64,000 nt of DNA, from assembly GCA_043228905.1 (NCBI GenBank), contig JBHGNT010000002.1:20460001-20524000 (forward strand), written 5' to 3'. The first letter of the stretch is position 1; every line of letters starts with the position of its first letter. Source of the DNA: Azolla caroliniana. Taxonomy: Eukaryota; Plantae; Polypodiophyta. Position numbers and translations under genes: made by a program. The notes under the pieces are model-generated. The model saw nothing but the letters and a program-made list of their open reading frames with translations. It ran no database searches and was not told the origin of the DNA. Below, in pieces: positions 1 to 9,600 of this stretch.

Positions 1-156
1 AAGCCAACCAAAGGAGTCGAAGTACGAACAAACAATCGAATAGCCAAACATGGAGAATCGAAAAGTGAAATTGAAACCGAGTCAACCAAATTGAAATATT
101 TCAAAGACTGAACCAAAACAACCTTTTGACATCCAAAAGTTGTGTTCGAAGGGGCG

Positions 157-433
157 TGTTGAGAATCGAACTCAACTTCCCATAGAGACAATGTTCACAC
201 TAGCTAGTGGACATCATCGTAGGCTAGATTTGTAACTAGTAGAAAGGGCACTTGCCCTAGATCAGTTGGTATTTAAACCAACCTTTTGTAACTTAGTTAC
301 TGTTGGATGTAATATATAGTTTTCTTGTCTAGAGCTCTCTCCCTCTCTCTCTCTCTCCCATTCTCTCTTGTCTCACGTGCACATACACACACACAGTCCT
401 TCCATTGCACAGAATCACTCTCGATTCATTACA
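157..433 (+). mobile_element. 3' LTR of a Ty1/copia-type element whose body lies left of the window
   Basis: Purine tract GAAGGGGCG lies directly before TGTTGAGAATC. It ends GCACAGAATCACTCTCGATTCATTACA, resembling the end of the copia LTR at 1711-2160/13426-13875 read on the minus strand (GCACAAGAATCACCATTGATTCTTTACA). Confidence 0.6.
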
Positions 434-705
434 CTTCCTCCTTTTATAGCTCGAGGAGGGAGATACCGTTCGTCAGGTTGTTTAAGGCGGCTGATTTTGT
501 CAGTGATTCTCCTCGGTTTCCTCCCTACTCACACTTTACTCTCTTCTCTTTCGTGGGACATTAAAGTACCCATCAAAATCCTATTCCCTAGTACTTATTA
601 GTCCTATGTTATTTATACATATTTGTACACAACTTTGTTTCCGTCCGTGCACACCCTCATTCCCACGCTCTCCAACTCCTTTTCTCCTAGTAGCCGGAAT
701 TCCCC

Positions 706-1710
706 ATGACAATGGAGGCGCAAATCCACACCCCACAGGACACCACTCCATTATACGCGGAAGGTGTTCACATGCTCGATGGACTAGCTGATGAGGAAGT
801 CGACCACTTTCTTGAGGATCACCCAAAGATTGTGCCATTGTTCGATATCGACATCATAACAGTCGTCAGCCCCTCTGTTTTCGAGCCGGCAAGAGAAGAC
901 CAACAACCCGATCCGAAATCAATCGAAGAATTACGATATGCATACGAGGCGCTCAAACGTGAATTTGTCATATCTCAACGGGTGAAGGCGTCAACGCTAG
1001 AAGAAGTTAATGTCGGCACCACCGCAAATCCATGAACATTAAAAATACCAAAAGAACTAGCTCCCGAGGAACGCTCGGCATTGGTCGGCTTGCTCACAGA
1101 ATACGAGGATGTCTTTGCATGGTTGTACAGCGACTTGAAAGGATTAAACACGTGCTACTATCAGCAAGATGCACGACCCATACAACAATACCATTATAGA
1201 ATGAATCCCAATTATGCGGCAAAAGTGAAAGAGGAAATTGACAAGCTCCTCCGGGTGGGATTCATTCGACTAGTAAAATGTGCCACATGGTTGAGTCCCA
1301 TCATGGTGGTTCTAAAGAAAAACGGAAAAATAACGGTCTGCGTCGATTATAGGAAGTTGAATGCGATGGCCATCACCGACACATTTCCTCTTCCATTCAT
1401 GAATGGTGTGCTCAATGCGGTGGCCGGCCACGAGCGATATAGCTTCTTGGATGGGTTCAACGGGTATAATCAGATCCGCATGCACCCTGATGACCAAGAA
1501 AAGATGGCATTTGTAACAGAATGGGGTGTTTTCGTGGCGATCGTAATTATGTTCAGGTTAAAAACGACACCGACCACATTCAAACGTATCATCGCCGAAA
1601 TTTTCGATGACTACATTTCGGCATTCATGCAAGTGTTCCTCGATGATTTTGCGGTTTACGGCCAACAAATAGAGCATCTCGCCCAATTAGGCCTCTGTCT
1701 CGAACGTTGT
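706..1710 (+). mobile_element. Ty3/gypsy element A, degenerate pol, 5' part (RT)
   Basis: ORFs 706-1035 and 1081 onward carry RT motifs WLSPIMVVLKKNG, VCVDYRKLN, FLDGFNGYNQI and QVFLDDF. The frame is cut at LERC| by the copia LTR. Confidence 0.9.
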
Positions 1711-2160
1711 TGTAAAGAATCAATGGTGATTCTTGTGCAGCGAAATAGATGTGTGTTATGTGTATGTGTGAGAGGAATTAGAGGAGAGAAGAGAGAACAC
1801 AAGATAGATAGAAAAAGGAATACTCAAGAAGAAGGTGTATATTCACAAGTAGAATAGGAAATACAAAATGTAGCATTACAAGGAGTCACAACCGACTTAA
1901 TATGAAGTATAAGGAGGGTGCTTTCAATATAGTCACCCTCTCTCTTCATTAACTAACTACAACAACCACTCTCTCTTGGGAATGTGAAGACTCATAGTCA
2001 TGGGGAATATGTAACTCATTAGTTATGTGTCATAGAATATGATTCTATGACACGTAGTTAATGTGTAGAGAGTAGTGGTGTGACTCTTGACCTTTGAGTA
2101 ATCATAGATTCTCAAGAGGTGTGTTCACACATTGCACTATGTTGAGCTTGAATCTCAACA
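1711..2160 (-). repeat. Copia 3' LTR
   Basis: Direct repeat of 13426-13875, about 13 substitutions by manual count; adjacent PPT GCTTGAGGGGGCA on the minus strand. Confidence 0.95.
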
Positions 2161-3929
2161 TGCCCCCTCAAGCTCAACTCGAGTCGGTTCCTCGGATGGT
2201 ATCTGGTTCTCACTTGTACTCCCCCTCAAGCTTGGTAAGTCAGAGATCGTCAATCCAAGGTCTGACATGAATTGTTGAACCTTGTCGGCTCCTCAGGCTT
2301 TGGTGAAGATGTCAGTCGTCTAAAGATTCATGTTGATGTGTTGAAGGTCGACATCTCCGGCCTGTATGCGCTCTCGAATGAAGTGATAGTGCACTTCGAT
2401 ATGCTTTGTGTGTGCGTGCAACACCGCGTTCCGAGCCAGATATATATTGCTCTTGTTGTCGCAGTAAATGGGAGTTGGATCCTTGATGCGGTGTCGTGAA
2501 GTACGAAAGCTTCACATTAAAAGTCTACAAAATGATAAATACGTAAATAAAATATATCTTGATAATGTTTTATAAAGGTAATATTAAAGACACATTATGA
2601 TAATATTATACATTATATGTAGAGGCAGATAAAAATATGTATATGTTATATTACATGGACGAGAGAGGACGTGAGCCAATCAACCCCACCTTATGACACT
2701 CAAACCTTACCATTTAGCCTATACTAATAATTTACAACAAACCATATGCGTTGTTTTATTTGAAGTAGTATTTTATAGTCTAAACTATGTAATATACTAC
2801 ATGCAGACCATATAGCATATCACATGGGCAAAAGAGGACTTGAACCAACAACCCCAACCTTATGGTATTCAAATCTTACCATTTAGCCTATACTTGTGAT
2901 ATACATAAAATATATGTGTTGTACTATTGTATGGTTTGAAATGTACTACATGTGCACCATATAGCACACATGCTCGAGCCTCTCTACATGTGCGCCACAT
3001 GGCCCACATGTAGAACCATCTCTTCCCTATAAAAGGAGAAGGGAGTATGGTCACAAGGGATATCGAAGGAATCGAAATCGAAGAACTATATTGTATGATA
3101 TATCAATCAAATCAAATAGAATTATATTACATAAGAGATATCATAAGATAGAAAGAGGAAGACAATAAAAGAAAATAACTACCTTGGTGGTCTGGTGCTC
3201 AACTCACAACAAAAGGGCGAAGGCTCGAGTCTTACCCTCATTGAAACCTAGAAGGGAAGATTGTGATCTACTCTCAAGAATGAGAAGAGCGGTAACACCT
3301 TGTAAGACATAGTTCAAACGGTGCATAGCGCGCGTGAACCGGCTCTTCACGTGTGCGCGCCCTTTAATGTATATAATAGAGAATTAGGTACAAAGGTATA
3401 TCCTAGGTAGTTAGATTCGGTAGGTAGGAAGTTAATGAAGGAAACGGCTCCCTTCTTGAAGCTATAAAAGAGAGGGAGACGCGGGGAGAGAGGATCGCGC
3501 GGAGAGGAGGACGAAATGCTGTCGAACCGAAACCGAACGCTTCTCCTCCGTTCGTTCTCCATCGCTCTTCTCTGCAGGTTTTCGGGAGGCTCCTGCTGCT
3601 TCGAGGAACGCCCGTGTGCTTCCGGCAGCACCTCCATCCTATCCCCTTTCGTGTGCAGACGAGCAGGCATCGGCATCTGTTCGGTTGTAACCGCTCACGT
3701 GCTCTGTTGTTTTTGTGTCATTTGTTAATATACAAACATTCGTGTCTCTCTGTCTCTGTGTCCATTCGTGTCTTCCGCGTTGACGGGTCGTGCCCCCTAT
3801 GTTTCTTTGCTCATACATAACCGGGCATCTCTCTCTTTCTCTTTCCCCTTCTATCTCCTGCTCTTTGGTTCAAGACCCCGGTGGTCCCGCCTCGTTTCTC
3901 CACGCACGCGCGTACTAACGCAACATCTT

Positions 3930-3946
3930 TGGTGAACCCGACGTGA
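3930..3946 (+). promoter_or_regulatory. Primer-binding site complementary to the 3' end of tRNA-Trp
   Basis: TGGTGAACCCGACGTGA lies 4 nt after the LTR end. It is the reverse complement of UCACGUCGGGUUCACCA, the plant tRNA-Trp 3' end as recalled. Confidence 0.8.
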
Positions 3947-3969
3947 ACAAGGCGGCAGAGGAGCAGAAG

Positions 3970-6095
3970 ATGAGGGGGTCGGATCTTGCAGAGGCCATGG
4001 CTTCGGCCGTGGACCGGATAGTGAGCGCGCGCGAGGGCACCGGCGCCCTTGACAGGGCTATTGAGGCGATCGGCAGTACGATCGGCCGGTTCAGTGGAAA
4101 GGATGCCACGAGTTATTTGGCTTCCTACCGGGCGGAGATGTTGATGAGGGATATTCCGGAAGAGAGGCGTCTTGCCGGATTCCCTCAAGTGGCGATGCCG
4201 GGCATCCATGCGGAGGTGCTCGAGGTTCGGGCGGAGAGCCGGACCTGGGAGGAGTTCGAAGTACAGCTCCTGGAGAAATACGGGCTGGATGACGCGCTTC
4301 GGCTTTCGAAGCGGGGCTTCATGGAGTGGGTGGAGTCCCCCAACAAAGGAAGAAATGTGTCTGTACTCCTCCGGGAGTTTGAGGAACGCTTTGCGTGCCT
4401 TTCGGCGCTCGATCGGACCATTCTGAACACAAGTTGTGTCCTACTGTTTGTCAAATCGGTTGACGCACGGGATCGGGAGTAAGTGGGCTCCTTACTGGAA
4501 ACCGAAGACGGGCTGACGGCCGACTAGGCCGTGGTAAAAAGAGTCTACGGCTGTTTTGACAAACGGTGGGAGTGGGCTGATACAGGGACGACCGGGGCGG
4601 GTCCTGTCGCAGCAAGAAAGCTCGAACCGATACCACAGGCGCAAAGGGATGAGACCCGGGAGTGGCTCGAAACCGGTTCGGCTTCGACCGACGTGGTCAG
4701 AGACTCGTCCGGGGGAACAGCTTTGGAGGAGTTGACACGGGCGGTAAAGGATCTCCAGATCGCCCAGGCTCGGAGGGAAGGCGGCGAACAGGCTCGTGAC
4801 TGACAGCCTCCGGCAGGAAATAGGTGCATGTGGTGCGACGAGGTCGGCCACATCCGGAAAGACTACGGGGACTTTGCGGAGGCTTTGAGAAGTCGGGTAG
4901 TGTACCTGTGGGAAGGTCGGGTGCACGCCAGCGATACCCGGAGGGCCCTGAACCGAAACGACGAGCGAGGAGGAATGAAAAGGCTGATGGAAGAGGCGGC
5001 GGCCCGGCACGCGAAAACCGTCCACTACTCGGCGGCAGCCGGTATTCGGGTCGGAGGCAGCGAGGCCCAGAAGGAGAGCAAAGTCGGGTTCTGGCCAACG
5101 ATGCTAGAAGGCCTCACCGGTGCCCGACTAAGGAAAGACAAGGCGAACCGCACGGAGAAGCGGGTCCAGGAGGTAACCGGGTGGAGTGACCCAGTCGAAG
5201 AAAAGACGGGTTTCGTCGAAGCAGCTTGCCAGAACTACGAGGCTCGGGTTGAAGACAAACATGTAGGTAAAACCGGAGGGGCCGAACCCTCACAAAGATA
5301 TGAAACCCGATTCGGGCCGAAACAGAACGAGGCCGGTGAGACCAGTGCCCGAGATAACCACAAGAAGGGCGGATACCAGTTGGGCACAGAGATCGAAAGG
5401 ACCACGGACCTACGAAAGGTCCTGGAAGAACGAATCCTCGACAGCAAGGTGGAACTGTCGTTGCGGGAGGTGCTCGAAATCGCCAAGAAGGAGTTCCACA
5501 ACTCCATCGTAGACTTGGTGAAGAGGAAGAGGTTGTTGACGGAGACAGAACCGGAAAGGCCGGTGGGGTGCGGACGACGCAAATAGAGGACATGGCGCTG
5601 GAAGACGAGTGGGCGGAGAGCCACTATTCGAGGCCACACTGGGCCCGAGCGACCACGGAAACCCCGGTGAAGATCGGAGATGTTCGGGAACCGGTGGTGG
5701 CGCTGGTGGACCACGGTGCGGAAATAAACCTAATGTCCATGGACTTCTACAAGAAGGGGAAATGGCCGATCAACACCAAGCACGGGTGGAAGATACTGGC
5801 GGCGACGCGCGCCACCGAGGAACTACACGGGGCCTGCCCAAACGTGCGAGTCAAGATCGGCGACGTCGAGATAGACCAGCACTTCTTTGTGCAGGAGACG
5901 TCCTCGCACCCGGTCATACTGGGAGAACCGTACATTATGGCGGCACGGATGGAGACCAAGGTGCTAGACAACGGGTCGGCTTACGCGAGGGTCAAGAGTC
6001 AGGACGGGCGTCATTCGGTCCAGTTCCTGACGGTGCGACCGAACCACGAGCGAAACCGCGAGTCCCTCGGTGGCGAGAACCGAGAGGATTTTTAG
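3970..6095 (+). pseudogene. Gypsy B gag-protease ORF, disrupted
   Basis: ORF pieces 3943-4482, 4531-4803, 4828-5586 and 5568-6095. Zinc-knuckle-like CMWCDEVGHIRKD; protease-like LVDHGAEINLM and VILGEPY. In-frame stops and one frameshift near 5568. Confidence 0.85.
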
Positions 6096-9000
6096 AGAGG
6101 GATGTCAAGGCGTGGGGCCGCGATAGTTCGGACACTCCGGGAAAACCCCACAAATGTACGATAGAAGCGAAACCAAAGAAACCTTGTACCATAAGTAGGA
6201 AGTTTTGTTTCTCCGACAACGGAGGGTGTACGATAGTTGGCGTCGTTGGCCGAGAAAAGACAAGGGTGGAAGAGCGACTTCGGGCGTGCGGAGTTCTCAG
6301 GCCCAGCGAGGAAATCAACGGAGCCGTGGAGGCGGTCTCCTTCGACGATACCTTGGGAATACTTCGAGAGGTGGTCGGAGAGGGCCTTAAAGAGGACCGG
6401 ACGATACCGGTTTGTTCAGAAGAGATGTACGAAGTCATCGCGGACTTCAGTCGGGGGCTCGAGTCGGATCGGACGGCCCGGGTTAACACGAAGTACAAGA
6501 CTGTGGACCGGAAGGTAAGGCTAGTCGCGGCACCCTTACCGGAGGGCAGTGAGTTGCGAATCAAAGGGGTCGCGTCGGACCCCAGTTTACGAGATCCGGC
6601 CTGCATAGGACACACCTTCACCAACAGAACGCTACGGGAGCTCAAAATCGGTGGGGGCGGGTTCCTACCGCCGGCGGAAGAAGACCGGTTTCGGAGAATG
6701 CTCGGAAGGCACGGGAAAGCCTTCGCATTCTCACAGGAAGAGATCGGGTGCGTAGACCCGACAGTCGTGAAGCCGATGGTGATATTCATGGTACCGCATG
6801 TGCCGTGGAATCTCAAACCAATTCCGGTACCGAGAGCTCACATCCCGGAGCTGATGGAGCTATTGAGGCAGAAAGTCAATATGGGCATCCTCGAACCATC
6901 GAGTGCCCCGTACTCGAACCGGTGGTTTACCGTACCGAAGAAGAACGGGACGTTGCGCTTCATTCAAGACCTACAACCAGTCAACAGAATGACCATTCGG
7001 AACGCAGGAATTGGACCAACGATAGACGAGTTCGCGGAGGCCTTCGCCGGAAGGTCGATCTACTCGGTTGGTGATCTGTACTCGGGGTACGATCAGTTCC
7101 AACTAGCCGTAGAGAGCAGAGACATTACGACGATGCGGACTCCTCTCGGCCTAGTGCGGATGTGTACCCTGCCACAAGGAGGGACGAACTCGGTGGCCCA
7201 CATGGTGAATGCGATGAACAACGTGCTAAGGGATTGTATCCCGGACATCACCATGCCATTCTTGGACGACATCCCGATCAAGGGATGTCCGGTGGAGAAA
7301 AAGGACGAAACGATCGAACCGGACGGATGCCGGAAATTCGTGGCGACACACATTGACGACTGCGAGAGGGTGCTACAGAGGCTAGAGGACGCGAGGCTCA
7401 CCTTCTCCGGGGAGAAATCAGCCTTCGGGCAATCAGAGATCATGGTCGTCGGACATCTATGCGGACCGTATGGCCGGAAACCGTCTCCGGCTAAGGTGGA
7501 AGCCATCTCCGCAATGAAGCCCGACTGTAACTCGGTCACGGAGGTACGGAGGTTCTTGGGAGCATGTGCGTTCTACCACATATGGATCCCGCATTACGCC
7601 CACGTTGCTGAGCCGCTATACGGGTTGCTAAAAAAGGGGCGAAAATTCGAGTGGCGAGACGAGCATACGGAGTCGGTCCGAAAGATGAAGGAGGCTCTTG
7701 CTGCAGCTCCGACACTCCGGAAGGCTGTCTACGAGAAAGGCACTCCCATCTACATAACGGTAGATACAAGTCCGACCGGGATCGGATGGGTCGTCAACCA
7801 AGAAGATGAGGACGGCATTCGGTTCCCAATCCGGTTCGGCGCGAAGGTCCTCAGCGAGCAACAGCGAGGATACGCCTAGGTTAAACACGAACTTTGGGTT
7901 ATCGTTTCGGCGGTGAAGGCCGATAAAGACTATCTGATCGGGACAGAGGTGATTATCGAGACGGACTGCCTGCCAATTCTCGGCATGGTTTCCGGATGTG
8001 CAACCCCGGACCTAGCAATGCTCAGGTGGATAGCGTACATCAAGTCCCTGGATCCGGAAATACGACACATTTCCGGGAAAGACAATGCCATGGCCGACAT
8101 GCTTTCGAGGGCGCAATTCGACGACGAGGGCGGCATGGTTTCGGAGGACGAGGAAATCGGCGTGGACTTCTTCGAGGCGGCTTACGTAACAACCGGGGGG
8201 GGGGGGGGGGCACTCCGGCGCTTAACGATTTCAACGAGAGCCAGTACGACGGGGAGTGGCTGCAGATTGGGGGATTCTTAAGGACGATGACGCCGGACGC
8301 GTCATGGACAAAGAACGAGGCCAACCGGATTCGGAAGAAAGCAGACCGATTCTTTCTCCGGGACAGATACTTGTGGAAGCACCCGAAGAAGAGAAATGGC
8401 ATCCCGCTCCGAGTAGTGGCGATGGAGGAGGAACAGGAGGAGTTGCTGAAGGCCTACCACGACAGCCCCTGGGCTGGACACCGTGGGACATGGGCCACGT
8501 TCGAGAAACTAAAGGGGAAGTACTGGTGGTCGGGACTGTACCGGGACGTGCATCGGTTCGAGACAACTTGTGAGAGCTGTCAGATACACTCCATAGTCCG
8601 ACATCAGGACGAGCTTCACCCTACATACCCTCCGGCCATCCACTTCAAATGGATGGTAGATTTGGTGACGATGCCGATGGGCGTAGGGCAGATGCGATAT
8701 CTGGTGCTGGCCCGGGAGGACCTGACGAACCAGGTGGAAGGCCGAGCCCTGCAGAACAAAACGACTGCGGCTATGCGTCGGTTCCTGATCAAGGACGTGA
8801 TATGCCGGTACGGGTGCGTCGGGAAGATCGTGGCTGACCGCGGGGAGCTGGACGTTGAAGAGGCCGAGGAGCTGTTCGACCGGTTAGGGTTCAAGCTCTC
8901 GCTCACCACAGCATACAATCCGGAGGCGAACGGGAAGGTGGAGCGCGGACACGGACCGATCGTCAAAGCGCTAGTCCGGGCGTGCGGAGGCCAGGTCGGG

Positions 9001-9600
9001 AACTGGCCACGGCTGCTACCTTATGCCTTGTGGGCGGACCGGACTACGCACAGTTTGGTAACCGGGTTCATGTCGGCCAAGCTGATGTTCAGACAGAAGC
9101 CGATCATGCCGATGGAACGGACGATCTCCTCTTGGGCGACAGTGGACTGGAGAGACGAGATGAGCCGGGAAGAACTGCTAGCGGCGCGTATACGGCAGCT
9201 CGAGCGGAGGCCAGAGGACGTGGAACGAGCGGCGGAGAGACTACGGACGGCGAGGATGAGGGACAAAGCCCGGTTCGACCTAACGCACCGGCTCCGACCA
9301 AGGAAAATCGAGGAAGGCGACTGGGTGCTAGTCTACGACAGCAGCCTCGACAACCAGCACCGGGCAACACGGAAGTTTGCAAAGCGGTGGTTCGGGCCTT
9401 ACGTGGTAATGAGCGCCAACGACAACGGGACGTATCACCTGGCGGAACTCGACGGTACGAGGATGGCAATACCCGGTAGCAGGGAAGCGGATCAAAGCAT
9501 TCAAGAAGCGCCACGATGGTGAACCAGATCTAAGAGGCCTGGACAGCGACGACGAACAGCCCGAAACGGAGGACGAATCGATGGACGAGGAACCGGAACC
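6086..9600 (+). pseudogene. Gypsy B pol (RT-RNase H-integrase), disrupted
   Basis: RT (LRFIQDLQPVN, DLYSGYDQF, PFLDDI), RNase H (ITVDTSPTGIG, IETDC), integrase (HDSPWAGHRG..CESCQ, WMVDLV, VADRGE, PEANGKVER, WFGPY). Stop at 7877-7879, frameshift at G16 run 8195-8210. Confidence 0.9.

Noticed and set aside
158-180. B-box-like GAGTTCGATTCTC on the minus strand
   Set aside because: Coincides with the copia LTR terminal hairpin, and there is no convincing A box.
5560-5590. Frame change inside gag-protease of element B
   Set aside because: The equivalent region of element C (ORF 52750-53007) is continuous, so this is a copy-specific indel.
7877-7879. TAG in pol as a readthrough or editing site
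   Set aside because: Element C reads RGYAQ here, so it is a simple CAG-to-TAG transition.
8195-8210. G16 run changing frame between RNase H and integrase as a programmed frameshift
   Set aside because: No counterpart in element C. Best explained by homopolymer slippage or assembly error.
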